DNA of 61,137 nucleotides, filler included. It is 10 parts of 10 records of this genome, joined end to end, with 100 filler letters (N's around TTAATTAATTAA, not from the genome) between each part and the next. Parts side by side here need not be neighbours in the genome. Positions count along the whole stretch, not along the records: positions 48,379 to 54,954 come from SRR31147125_57375; positions 55,055 to 61,137 come from SRR31147125_57656; 8 more parts are not named here. One strand, given 5' to 3'. The notes below the pieces were generated by a model that had not been told where the DNA came from, did not search any database, and worked only from the letters and a program-made list of their open reading frames with translations. The translations under genes and the position numbers were made by a program. Every line of letters begins with the position of its first letter. Position 1 is the stretch's first letter. Of the stretch, positions 49,021-59,859 are shown piece after piece.

Positions 49021-51370
49021 CTACTTCTTGCCTGCCTTCATGATCTCATCGACGAGCATCAGTTGCGAGGCGATCACAGAGGCCGATCCGATTAGGTGCT
49101 TCTTGACGAGAAGACTGTCAAAGATACCTTCCAGATTCGGATCCATGCACTCGCCCGTCACAATATCCAATCCAGCGGGGCTTCCATTTCGATGCTCTTC
49201 CTGTTGCGCATTACGGGTTACGGGTTACGGGTTACGGGGAAGGGGAGGGGGAAGAGAAAGGGACTCCCACTCACTTGTAGCTTAATGATGGTGGCCTGGG
49301 GGTCGAAACCTGAATTCTCAGCCAAGACCTTGGGGATGATGAGGAGAGCTTCTGCAAAGGCCTGAACGCCTAACTTGGTGAGACCTAAGACCTGTTGGTG
49401 CACGCGCACACGTGAGTACGCAGGGAAGGGGTACACACACAACCGACCTCGTTGGCATAGCTGTACAGATGCATGGCAGCTGCCACTTCAAACGAACCAC
49501 CTCCGAGGAGAACGCCACCATCATCAATCACGTTCTTCACAGCACGTAGGCCATCACGAATGGCGTCTTTCACTTGTTCAATATGATGCTTCGTGGGACC
49601 TTTGTGGGGAAGTTAGTCCACCGGTCTGTCTTCCTGGCTCACGATCCCCCTACCCTTCACAAGAATGGTGCAAGAGAAGGGATTCTTCACACCCTCGACA
49701 AATGTGTACTTCTCCTCCCCCAAAACATGCTCGTGCACTTGTCCCGCCCAACTAATCGACACAACGAGACATGAGGTTTGATGTGTCGTTCAAAGTCATG
49801 CGCACCCCAGTACGTCCGGCGTGAGTTCCTCTACCGAATTCACGGCAACACCTCCACACGCCAGTGCCAGACGTTCCATGTTGCGCCGCTTTGCTCGTCG
49901 AAGAGCCAGGATGCCCTCCTTGGCAAGCATATCGAGAGAAAGAGGATCGATTCCCTTCTGATTAATCACAACGAATCCGGCATTGGGCTTATCTCCACAG
50001 ACCTTGAAACAAGAGGAGGTCACAAACGCCGCCGCTGCCACCACCACGCACTTGTCGCTTGAGGTCAATGATCTTCCTTACTCGTTCGTCCGTGAACTTG
50101 CGCTCTGCCTCGATCATCTTCTCTCGTTGCTCAGCTGTTGAATAGAACATGCCTGAATTGACCTCGCTGCGAAGGTACTGTGAGTGGTGCCCTCATAACA
50201 CGGTGGGATCATCTAACCTCTTTTCATATTCCAAGGAAACGTTGCACGTGAGAATGAAGGCATTGTCAACACGCTTCTTCATGTCGGGGTGGCGTGCACC
50301 ATGATCGAGCACGAGTCCCTTCACCAGACGCGTGTCACTCCCCCTTTGATGTTGCATAGTCATGACCTAATACGTGTGGGTGGGTGCGTCAGACGAGACA
50401 AGAATGAAGGATACGAGCAACAGCGCACTTCAACCATGAAGAGGTCAATGGGTTGACCCTCTCGTCGAATGGTAAGCACACCGTCAACAACCATTTCTGT
50501 CAACTGATCTGCGACCTCCGCAGGAACCTATGTGTGCAAAAGCTCAACGCTCCTCGTTGTACGTTCGTGTTGAAGTCCTACCTTTGTACGCAGGGACGTG
50601 CGGGCAACACAAGCAAGCAACTCTCGATCGACTTCCTTTGTAATAGTGGACTGAAGAAATAGAATTGTCAGGGAGGCATACACACACACACCACAAGACG
50701 AATCCACACGTCTCCGATGAATTGAAGGACTCGTTTCTTCGCAAGCTCAAATCCGTCCACCACCACCCGCGGGTGAAGTCCCTCAGAGACGTGACGCTCC
50801 GCTTGCTTCATAAGTTCACCTGATTCCAGCCAATTTGTAACGTATGATAAGACAAACACCCGTGGCGGGGTGTACCAATGATAAGAACTGTCGACGTTGT
50901 CCCATCCCCACACATGTCATCTTGTGCTGTTGCTGTTCGTGCAATGAGGGCTGCGGTAGGATGTTGAATTTGCTGTGTTGCGTGTGTTAGTAAAAGAATT
51001 GAGTGACACGCACACACGCCATGGAGGAAACGTGTGTGCGGGTGGGGGTGGGGGAAGAAGGGAAGAAGGGAGACGTCGCGTACCATCTCATGCAGAAGAA
51101 CATTGCCGTCTTTCGTGAGTTTGATGTCTCCTGCTCCAGACACAAGCCTAAAGGTGGGGGACCCATTACTACGGTGTAACACGTCGCCCACCGACTCGAC
51201 GGCTCCGCCACTCCTTCTCGTCACAGAACGCACATCTTTAGAGTCCCCTTGGGGCCGAGGTTGGACCTGAGAACCTCCTGGAGACCCTTGGCGGCGTTGA
51301 TGCTAATGCCAAGAGCACGCGATCGTGCACCAACGACATCTGCCTTGGGGTTTACAAATCTCACCGCCAT
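49021..51370 (-). CDS. CCT6: Eukaryotic chaperonin CCT/TRiC subunit zeta, about 12 short GT-AG introns (two G-run deletions near 50342 and 49720)
   Basis: [82 protein letters not shown]. Confidence 0.95.
49211..49238 (+). repeat. (TTACGGG)4 tandem repeat in the last CCT6 intron
   Basis: Four exact 7-bp copies. Confidence 0.9.
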
Positions 51371-51574
51371 CCGTATGCGCGGGACCAAGGAAGCCGAGGA
51401 GGAAAGGAGAGTGTGACGTGGTGTGGGTCGGGTTAATTAATTAATTAATTGAGTACTCATCCATTAAGTCTCTGGGATTCAGAATATCCCTTTATCCTTG
51501 TGCGTCGCGTCCCAACCTGAGACTCTGTGAGGAGCTGGGGTGCACGACTTTCCGATCACCTCTGGGTTCATTTC
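51371..51574. promoter_or_regulatory. Short divergent (bidirectional) promoter region containing (TTAA)4TT
   Basis: About 200 bp between the CCT6 and PDXK start codons; AT-only tract at 51433-51450. Confidence 0.55.
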
Positions 51575-53117
51575 ATGGAAGCAACTTCGATGCCTCTCGA
51601 AACTCCCAACAGTGTGTGGGGACGTGTGTTGTCCATCCAGAGTCACGTCGTCAGTGGGTATGTGAACATCCTCTCCTTATGCAATGCGATACGTCTCAAT
51701 CCAACCTTCTTCCACACATTGCACAAGGTATGTTGGAAACAAGAGTGCTGTCTTTCCTCTTCAGCTTCTGGGCTTCGATGTGGACCCCGTGAACTCTGTA
51801 CAGTTCTCGAATCATACCGGTGTGTGCGTGTGCGTGTGCGTGTGGGTCGCGTGCGACACGTGGTCTTGTGAACACGTGCACCTTCCCCTCAAGGGTATGC
51901 CTCGTGGAGAGGTGAGATCCTGGACGGTGCTACACTATGGGATCTCGTGGAAGGGATGGAGACCCATGATCTTCTCCGACAGACCCACGTTCTCACAGGT
52001 CTGTGGTACATGGAACAACGGTTTGCATGGTGTCCCACAAAGGATTGGTCAGGATACGTTGGATCTCCTTCCTTCTTGCGTACGATTGCGCGTATAGTCG
52101 AGAAGTTGGAGAGACAACAACCGAATTTGGTGTATGGTGCGGTGGACAGGGATGTGGTTTCACTGTGCGTCCTCACACACCTAACTTCAGTATGTGATCC
52201 TGTATTGGGAGATGAAGGGAAACTGTATGTTCCAAAGGAGGTAGGGTCACATCTGTCTCTTTCACAAGCTGTGGTTGCACCAACGAGAGGAGCTCCACCA
52301 GCTTGTAGGGATCTACAGAGAAGAACTTTTCCCTCATGCTACAATCATCACACCTAATCAATTCGAAGCAGAGTGAGTTCTTGAGGAATGTTCTGCTCAC
52401 GGTTCTGACAACGCTGTCCCGTGTACTAGACAACTCACGGGTATCTCTATTCATTCACAGGTTCTTTCCTATCTTTGTGTGCGTGAGAATCGCTTACACT
52501 CATACAGGAGGATGCTCTTCGTGCGTGTGATAAGCTTCACCAGATGGGACCCAAGACCGTGTTTATCACAAGGTTGGGATGGGGATGGGAATTGTTGCCC
52601 TCTCGTACTACCGCCTCAACCTATTCTAGTACTAGTATTGCAACAGATGAGTCCCTTGTCTTCTTCTGTAGCAGTTTGCGGCGTGCGTAGGAGATGAAAT
52701 GTTTGATTGGTTGGATGATCAGTTGGTTGGGTTCCGACACAGATCTAGATGAGTCGGGAAAGCCCATACGCTTCCGTATTACCTTTCCCCATGTTAAACT
52801 CTACATCACTGGGACCGGTGCGATGGATCCCTTTGGTTTTCCTTATTGAAACAAAATCAAACCAGGGGACCTTGTAGCGGCCTTGCTATTGGCCTGGACA
52901 ACCATTCACCACGATAATATTGCACTGGCATGCGAGAAAACAATTTCCACCATGCAAGCGGGTACGACATACGCGAAACGTAGGACGATTACGATTTACA
53001 TGATCCACACCAGTCGTACGACGTGTACAGCAGTGTGGAGGTGGCGAACTTCGGCTCATCCAGTCGAAAAGGGATATCGAAGATCCCGTCCTATCCTACC
53101 ACGTGACGTTCCTTTGA
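51575..53117 (+). CDS. PDXK: Eukaryotic pyridoxal kinase, about 11 short GT-AG introns
   Basis: [71 protein letters not shown]. Confidence 0.95.
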
Positions 53118-53158
53118 CAAAAAAACTCTGAAGTTCCGTCTGATGAGGGAGGGCTGTC

Positions 53159-54954
53159 TCACTGCACGTGCTCGTCGCCAAGACGACACATCCCTTCGCG
53201 TATGGCATTGGCATGCGTGAGAAGCGCTTCACCATTTGCCACGACAAGCGTGTGCATGCCAAGCAGGCTTTGGTGTGTCACGTAGTCAGGATCGTGGGCA
53301 CGCAGATCGTCCATGGCTGCACGACACTTGTCCACTTCCCCGCGTCGCCACATCGTGTCTCCGTCCTTGTCACGATATTTGGCAATCATCCCAAGCCGAA
53401 TACAAGGGGGACACACATCAGGCGAATCGACCGCGAACATACACCATCCAAGATCCCTGCCAACAACCAATCAATCTTCCTTTTCTCTCTTTCTCTCTCT
53501 CTTCCAGACGCACTGAAATCCGCGTGTGCCTTCAAATCCTCCATCATCAAGTTGTACCCAAAGTAACTCCACTGAGCTGTCCACCCTACGGGTCCTCCAC
53601 ACCTACACACACAGCATAACCCTCCCACACAAGGCTCTCTACGTTCTCATCGCACTTGAGATAAGGTTCGAGCTATGTGATCGCTTCGTGTGCCATCAAG
53701 ATCGAAGAACGGAACCCCAGGACGAAAGGGTAGGCCCGTCGAGATGAGAAGTACAAGTTTGAGAGTCCCCGGTGTGCTGGTGGTGCTATTCTCAAGGGCA
53801 TCAATAGCCATCTCCAGCCCACGGTCGGTGTGAGTGTGCTGGTTGTATGGAGGTGGCGGTGAGTTCTCCCTCAACAAACGAAGAATAAGACAGAACGCAA
53901 CCGAGGGACTTGCTGACGCCCGTCGCATCATGTCCCAGAAGCCAGGATCCACTGGGTCGGCTCCCAGTCCACGTGCCCAGACCGCTCCAGCCCCAAAGGT
54001 CACGACTCCCCATTGATTCAGGCCTGAATGACCTGTTACGAGCTGTGAAGGCACATGTGTGTGAGGGACGTGTTCCCCACTAGGCAAGGTGAGTGTGTGG
54101 ATGACCTGATCTGCAAAGTTCACTTCTGCCAGCCAAGGAGAATCCGTGAGAGTTCCCCAGGATTGGTCAAGAACGACCACCAAATCCAATGCACAAGTTC
54201 TCTGATACAACAAGTGAGGAAGCGCGGAAACAACAACACCACACACCTCACAACACAAGGTATGGAATTGCTCTTGATTCATATACCTCGCCGCAACGGG
54301 ATCAATGAGAGGATTCTTCGGTAGGGGTTTGTAGGGTGGCTCACAAGTGAAGTGAGAAGACAACGAAGCACAAGCTGGCGAATGCCGGGGAGCATGAACA
54401 ACCATATCAGCAACACAACATAGGACAATTCCATACAATAGGAGGCCTGTTCACAACAGGATTGATCAAATGTAGCTTGTGTAAGACGGAACTGTGTGGG
54501 AAGGACAACAGGTCTTCCAATTGGAGAGCGACCCGGGCTACAACGCCATCCTTGCTCAAGCATCTTGAAACATGCTGAAAGATCCCAGATTGGCTTGTGG
54601 GGATGTATGGAAGTCGGAACGACGTACTGCTTTGTGTCTGAGACACATCAGGAACCACCTCACAGCAGGCATTATTAAAAAGTGACTGCTCCATCATGAA
54701 TACGTCCTAATGGTGATGATGATGATGATGATGATGCTACACACCTGAGAGAGAAACATCCCTGCAGGAATCATCACGTCCACGCGTCGTTCAGACAGCC
54801 CAGACGTACAACGCCAGCCACGACCGAAAAGACCACTACACGCTGTCAGGGTTGGCTCTGTCATCGGTGTGCTGGTGTGGGTTGTGTGCACAGTCTACAC
54901 ACATGTCTCTGGCACAGTAAGCGTGCCTCCCACAGGGGGTATCCTCCCTGCTCC
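53159..54954 (-). CDS. Eukaryotic spliced gene encoding a Cys-rich VWA-like domain protein (5' truncated)
   Basis: CALDLVVVLDQS, GVVTFG, T.T..GL..A...L, KLVLLISTG VWA-like pattern; GT-AG introns connect it to the terminal exon at about 53159-53457. Confidence 0.55.
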
Positions 54955-55054
54955 NNNNNNNNNNNNNNNNNNNNNNNNNNNNNNNNNNNNNNNNNNNNTT
55001 AATTAATTAANNNNNNNNNNNNNNNNNNNNNNNNNNNNNNNNNNNNNNNNNNNN
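54955..55054. other. Artificial contig spacer
   Basis: N44-TTAATTAATTAA-N44. Confidence 0.99.
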
Positions 55055-55312
55055 GAACGTTTCGACAAAGGCGAAAACCAAAAACAGCTGTCGAAAGAAT
55101 TTGTGCGCGAATGGTTAATGGATAACAATTTCCAGGGACGCGAAGGGGATGTATTACCGGAAATGACTGAGGAATTTGTAAACCGGGTTTCGGAAAGGTA
55201 CATTGAACTTTACGAAAGTATTACCGGCGACAAATTTGTGAAGTCGGATGTTTCTGCTATTCCTGCGAGAATTGAAGCTGCTGTTACCGAATTCTTAAAA
55301 GGTAAAGTTTAA
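55055..55312 (+). CDS. purC: SAICAR synthetase C-terminus (5' truncated)
   Basis: QKQLSKEFVREWL..N.FQG, VSERYIELYE.ITG..F, typical of Bacteroidota PurC. Confidence 0.88.
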   Translation, partial: ERFDKGENQKQLSKEFVREWLMDNNFQGREGDVLPEMTEEFVNRVSERYIELYESITGDKFVKSDVSAIPARIEAAVTEFLKGKV

Positions 55313-55323
55313 TTCTACATATT

Positions 55324-55364
55324 AAGTCATAGTATCATTTGAGGTGATACTATGACTTCTTTTT
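55324..55364 (+). terminator. Intrinsic terminator
   Basis: aagtcatagtatca / tgatactatgactt plus T-run. Confidence 0.8.
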
Positions 55365-55376
55365 AACCAAAAAATC

Positions 55377-55889
55377 ATGAAAATTAAAAAATTAGCACTC
55401 CTTACATTTCTATGCATATTTGTTTCAAACCTTTTTGCACAGGATGAAGCTACTTTGGTAAAAGTTGGTCACACTGCTCCTGATTTTACAATCTCTTTGG
55501 AAGATGGTTCGGTAAAAAAACTTTCCGATTTAAAAGGAAAAGTAGTTTGGCTTAACTTTTTTGCAACCTGGTGTCCTCCCTGCCGAAAAGAACTTCCTCA
55601 TCTTGAAAAAGAAGTGTACAAGAAGTTTCTCGACAACAAAAATTTCGAGGTTCTTGTTATTGGTCGAGAACACGACTGGGCAACGGTTAATAAATTCAAA
55701 ACCGACAATAATTATGTGCTCCCATTTTATCCCGATGCAAAAAGGGAAATATTTTCGAAATACGCCAAACAAAATATTCCACGCAATTTTGTAATTGATA
55801 AAGAAGGTAAAATTGCAGTTTCTTCAATAGGATTTAATGAAAAAGAATTCAAAGAAATTATTGTAAAGGTTGAAGGTTTACTGAAATAA
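55377..55889 (+). CDS. TlpA-family thiol-disulfide oxidoreductase
   Basis: Signal peptide; APDF, LKGKVV.LNFFATWCPPC, IPRNFVIDK.G. Confidence 0.92.
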   Translation: MKIKKLALLTFLCIFVSNLFAQDEATLVKVGHTAPDFTISLEDGSVKKLSDLKGKVVWLNFFATWCPPCRKELPHLEKEVYKKFLDNKNFEVLVIGREHDWATVNKFKTDNNYVLPFYPDAKREIFSKYAKQNIPRNFVIDKEGKIAVSSIGFNEKEFKEIIVKVEGLLK

Positions 55890-55908
55890 GCGCAAACAAA
55901 ATAAAAGC

Positions 55909-55945
55909 ATAGCTATTTGATTTTTCATATCAAATAGCTATTTTT
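55909..55945 (+). terminator. Intrinsic terminator
   Basis: atagctatttgat / atcaaatagctat plus T-run. Confidence 0.75.
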
Positions 55946-56030
55946 ATGTAAAATTGTTACCTAAACAATAAAAATCCTTACATTTTGAAAGGACTGTTTT
56001 CTAGTTATTAATCACAAAATTCAAAAAAAA

Positions 56031-57740
56031 ATGAAAAAATTGCGCTTTTTTGGAATTGTACTAATTAGTACACTGTTTTTACTGAACTCGTGTGACAAAA
56101 CTATGCTCGACGAGCCAGTAGATGATCAAACCCTGGAATTAAAATCGGCCAACACTGAAAAACAAAGCTACATTGTTGTGTTGAATGACGCTGAACTCGA
56201 TGCTGAACTTACAAAACTGAAAGGTTACGAGAAAAAACAAGAAGCTGTAAAATCAAAAACTGCGAAAATACTTAGCCGTGCTGGTATTACCGATGGCGAA
56301 GTGGATTACGTTTATGGAACTGCCGTAAAAGGTTTTTCTGTAAAAATACCTCCTGGCCAGTTAAATAAGCTGGAGAGCGATGCCTCGGTAAAATACGTTG
56401 AAAAAAGCCAGGTAATATCGCTTAGTATTCCTAAAATTAAGGAAGAAGGTGATGTATCTGCTTCGGCCGACACTTACCCTTGGGGAATTGTTCGTGTTAA
56501 CGGAGGTGTAGATTGTACCGGAAAAGTGGCGTGGGTAATTGATTCGGGAATTGACTTGGATCACCCTGATTTAAACGTTGACGCATCGAGAGGAGCATAC
56601 TATGTTAGCAGAGTTAGCTCTCCTGATGATGATAACGGACATGGCTCGCATTGCGCAGGTATTATCGCAGCAAAAGCTGATGGTGCAGGTGTTATTGGAG
56701 TAGCTGCAAATGCTACCGTTATTCCGGTAAAAGTATTAGACAAAAGAGGAAGTGGAACTACCGACGGTGTTATCGCAGGTGTCGACTTCGTAGCTGAAAA
56801 TGCTTCTTCAGGCGATGTTGCCAACATGAGTTTAGGTGGTGGAGTTTCAACCACTTTAGATGCTGCCGTATTAGCTGCGTCTTCAACCTGTAAATTTATT
56901 CTGGCTGCCGGAAACGAAAGCGACGATGCGGATTCGCACTCTCCGGCAAGAGTTAACGGACCAAACGTTTATACAATTTCAGCCATGGCCGAAGGCGATA
57001 TTTGGGCATCATATTCAAATTATGGCACTGCAGTTGATTATTGCACTCCCGGATCAAGCATTTATTCGACCTATAAAAGTGGTGGATATGCCACAATGAG
57101 CGGAACTTCAATGGCTGCGCCTCATGCAGCTGGTATATTACTTGTTGGAAGTTATACTACCGATGGTGTTGTTAGCGGCGATCCTGACGGTGATAACGAT
57201 GCTATTCTTGTTGTTGATGACGGAGGAATAACACCTCCGGAAAATCAGGCACCTAATGCTTCTTTCACATTTACAACCGACAATCTGATTGCTGACTTTA
57301 CAGATACCAGCAGTGATTCTGACGGCAGCGTTGTATCGTGGGCATGGACTTTCGGAGACGGCGGTACTGCGACTTCTCAAAATCCAACTTATACTTATAG
57401 CGCTGATGGCACGTATTCTGTTAGTTTGACCGTTACCGACGATGATGGTGCAACCGACAGTTATACTTCTAGTGTTACTGTTTCTGAAGGAACTTCAGGA
57501 GGAGACATTACTTTAACAGCAACTGGTTATAAACAAAGAGGAATTCGTTATGTTAGCCTTACATGGAGTGGGGCAACCGGAAGTAGTGTTAATATAAAAA
57601 TTGGTGGAGTTACCGAAACAACCACTACCAACGATGGAGAAGAGACCATTAATATGGGCCGCGTTAGTGGAACCTTTGTATTTACAGTTTGCGAAACTGA
57701 TGGTTCGGCTTGTTCTAACGATGCTACAGTAGTAATCTAA
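56031..57740 (+). CDS. Subtilisin-like S8 serine protease lipoprotein (I9 propeptide, S8, PKD, C-terminal domain)
   Basis: Lipobox LNSC; catalytic triad VIDSG / HGSHCAG / GTSMAAPH; PKD W.W.FGDG. Confidence 0.93.
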   Translation: MKKLRFFGIVLISTLFLLNSCDKTMLDEPVDDQTLELKSANTEKQSYIVVLNDAELDAELTKLKGYEKKQEAVKSKTAKILSRAGITDGEVDYVYGTAVKGFSVKIPPGQLNKLESDASVKYVEKSQVISLSIPKIKEEGDVSASADTYPWGIVRVNGGVDCTGKVAWVIDSGIDLDHPDLNVDASRGAYYVSRVSSPDDDNGHGSHCAGIIAAKADGAGVIGVAANATVIPVKVLDKRGSGTTDGVIAGVDFVAENASSGDVANMSLGGGVSTTLDAAVLAASSTCKFILAAGNESDDADSHSPARVNGPNVYTISAMAEGDIWASYSNYGTAVDYCTPGSSIYSTYKSGGYATMSGTSMAAPHAAGILLVGSYTTDGVVSGDPDGDNDAILVVDDGGITPPENQAPNASFTFTTDNLIADFTDTSSDSDGSVVSWAWTFGDGGTATSQNPTYTYSADGTYSVSLTVTDDDGATDSYTSSVTVSEGTSGGDITLTATGYKQRGIRYVSLTWSGATGSSVNIKIGGVTETTTTNDGEETINMGRVSGTFVFTVCETDGSACSNDATVVI

Positions 57741-57767
57741 AACGATACAAAAGTCCTTATATAAATT

Positions 57768-57806
57768 AGAAAGGCTGTCCAATAAAATAACATGGACAGC
57801 CTTTTC
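57768..57806 (+). terminator. Intrinsic terminator
   Basis: aaaggctgtcca / tggacagccttt. Confidence 0.75.
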
Positions 57807-57949
57807 TGTTTTATAAGAGGTTAGGTTGCTGAATTAACGGATAAAACCTACCCGACTGCTAACATAAATGGAATATCTAAGGGTAATGGGCACATCAATT
57901 GTCTATAAAAGACTAACCGTTTAGTAATAAATACCAAAAACCAAGACTT

Positions 57950-58429
57950 ATGAAACCATTTTCAAACCGTCGCCAATTTCTTAAAAGCAGCACCGTAGCC
58001 GGTTGTGCTTTATTTTTATCAGGAAAACTATCTGCCTTTTCATTTCCGCAGAATGAAATCCCTGATCCTAAAAAATTAAACTATTGCGGATATACTTGCC
58101 CAAAAAATTGCCAGTTTTTGGAAGCTTCTGTTAAAAACGATCTGGAATTAAAAAAGAAGGCTTTCGAAACATGGAAGATAGAAGAACGCTATCGTGTTAA
58201 GTTTGATGAAAATAATGCTTTTTGTTTTGGATGTAAAAACCACGATAAACCTGTTGGGATTGTAATGTCTAATTGTACTGTTCGTTCGTGTGCCATTGAA
58301 AAGGAATACGACTCTTGTATTCAATGCAATGAACTAGAAACTTGTAAAAAAGATTTATGGAACCGCTTTCCCGACTTTCACAAAGCTGTTCTAAAAATGC
58401 AAACTACTTATCAGGAATCAAAAAGCTAA
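57950..58429 (+). CDS. Tat-exported Cys-rich DUF3795-like protein
   Basis: NRRQFLK Tat motif; YCG..C...C, C.GC, C..R.CA, C..C....C. Confidence 0.75.
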   Translation: MKPFSNRRQFLKSSTVAGCALFLSGKLSAFSFPQNEIPDPKKLNYCGYTCPKNCQFLEASVKNDLELKKKAFETWKIEERYRVKFDENNAFCFGCKNHDKPVGIVMSNCTVRSCAIEKEYDSCIQCNELETCKKDLWNRFPDFHKAVLKMQTTYQESKS

Positions 58430-58537
58430 ATCAAAGTTTGTTTTAAATAGAATCATCCCAAACGATAACAATTATTCAAATTAATTGTAATAAAATTACA
58501 TTTGCAGATACTCGTATAAAAAACCAAATATGTAGTT

Positions 58538-59785
58538 ATGAAAAATCTGTGTCTTGTAATCATTAGTCTCGTAATTTTATCGTGCTCGTCACAAGAAACT
58601 AAAATTTACCAGTGGCGTGGCGAAAACCGTAAAGGTATTTTTCCTGAACAAAACCTGTTAAAAGAGTGGCCCGAAAATGGCCCGGAAGAATTGTGGTTTG
58701 TTGATGGTATTGGCGATGGATACGGCACACCAACAATTACCGATACAGAAATATTTATTACCGGTGCAATTGATAGCACCGCTACATTATTTTGTATCGA
58801 TTTTAACGGCCAAATAAAGTGGAAAGCCCCGTTTGGCAAAGAATGGGTTAAAAGCTATCCGGGCTCTCGCTCGCAACCAACTGTAGTTAACGATTTAATT
58901 TACGTTGGCTCAGGAATGGGAAATCTTTATTGTTTAAAAAGAGAAAACGGAGAAATTGTTTGGGAGAAAAAATTCACAGATGATTTAAATGGTATTTATC
59001 CGCGTTTCGGACATTCGGAAGCTACTGTTGTTGATGGTGACAAAGTTTTTTGGACACCCGGAGGAAAAGAACACAATGTAGTTGCATTAAATCGTTTTAC
59101 CGGCGAATTAATATGGAGCAATAAAGGTTTTAGCGAACGCTCGGGGTATAACCCCGGAGCACTAATAGAACTTCCATCAAGAAAAATATTTACAACATTT
59201 TCGGCCTACCATTTTATGGGGTTCGATGCTGAAACAGGCGAAATGCTTTGGAGCCAGGAACAAGACAACACTACGCCCGAAGAAAGGAAACCCGGCATTG
59301 GCGATACACATAGCAACTGTGTTGTTTTCGAAAATGGATACATTTATTACGCTGCCGGCGATGGAAACTGTGGCGTAAAACTTCAACTTTCGGAAGATGG
59401 TTCGGAAATAAAAGAGGTTTGGCGTAACAAAGGCTTCGATAGTTATATGGGCGGCATTGTAAAAATAGATAACCAGTTATACGGCAGCGGAACATCGAAA
59501 AAATACTTTAAAAGTATTAATGCCGAAACCTGCGAATTATCCGACTCCTTAAAATTGGGCTGGGGTGCAGTTATTGCAGCCGATGAAATGTTGTATTATT
59601 ACAGTCAGGGCGGAAAACTATCGCTGGTTAGTTACAATCAAAACGGCAAAATGCAAGAAAAAGGGCAGTTTAAAATAACACGTGGAACCAAAGAACATTT
59701 TGCACACCCGGTAATAAAAAATGGCGTTTTATATCAGCGCCACGGGCAGGTTTTAATGGCGTTTGATATTAAAAACAAAAGCTAA
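58538..59785 (+). CDS. PQQ-like beta-propeller repeat lipoprotein
   Basis: Lipobox LSC; QWRG.NR.G, WP..GP..LW, G...W repeats, HPVI..G.LY.RHG. Confidence 0.85.
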   Translation: MKNLCLVIISLVILSCSSQETKIYQWRGENRKGIFPEQNLLKEWPENGPEELWFVDGIGDGYGTPTITDTEIFITGAIDSTATLFCIDFNGQIKWKAPFGKEWVKSYPGSRSQPTVVNDLIYVGSGMGNLYCLKRENGEIVWEKKFTDDLNGIYPRFGHSEATVVDGDKVFWTPGGKEHNVVALNRFTGELIWSNKGFSERSGYNPGALIELPSRKIFTTFSAYHFMGFDAETGEMLWSQEQDNTTPEERKPGIGDTHSNCVVFENGYIYYAAGDGNCGVKLQLSEDGSEIKEVWRNKGFDSYMGGIVKIDNQLYGSGTSKKYFKSINAETCELSDSLKLGWGAVIAADEMLYYYSQGGKLSLVSYNQNGKMQEKGQFKITRGTKEHFAHPVIKNGVLYQRHGQVLMAFDIKNKS

Positions 59786-59809
59786 CAGTGAATTTGCAAA
59801 ATAATGAAA

Positions 59810-59847
59810 GAGGCTGCATTTTGATTTTAAATGCAGCCTCCTTTTTT
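59810..59847. terminator. Terminator between convergent genes
   Basis: gaggctgcattt / aaatgcagcctc plus T-run. Confidence 0.8.
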
Positions 59848-59859
59848 AGTCTAATTATT

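Noticed and set aside
48379..49238. Functional link between the TLS1-family gene and the nearby telomere-like repeat
   Set aside because: TLS1/C9orf78 is a splicing-associated factor and the repeat lies in an intron of another gene; proximity is probably coincidental.
54715..54736. (GAT)7 microsatellite
   Set aside because: Ordinary simple repeat, apparently intronic.
48422..54891. Dozens of short overlapping ORFs in the ORF track
   Set aside because: They are exon/intron read-through or antisense frames of four spliced eukaryotic genes.
5128..55054. Recurrent TTAATTAATTAA flanked by N runs as a biological repeat, and gene neighbourhoods across it
   Set aside because: Nine identical 100-bp spacers with stops in all six frames are concatenation linkers; genes on either side come from different organisms.
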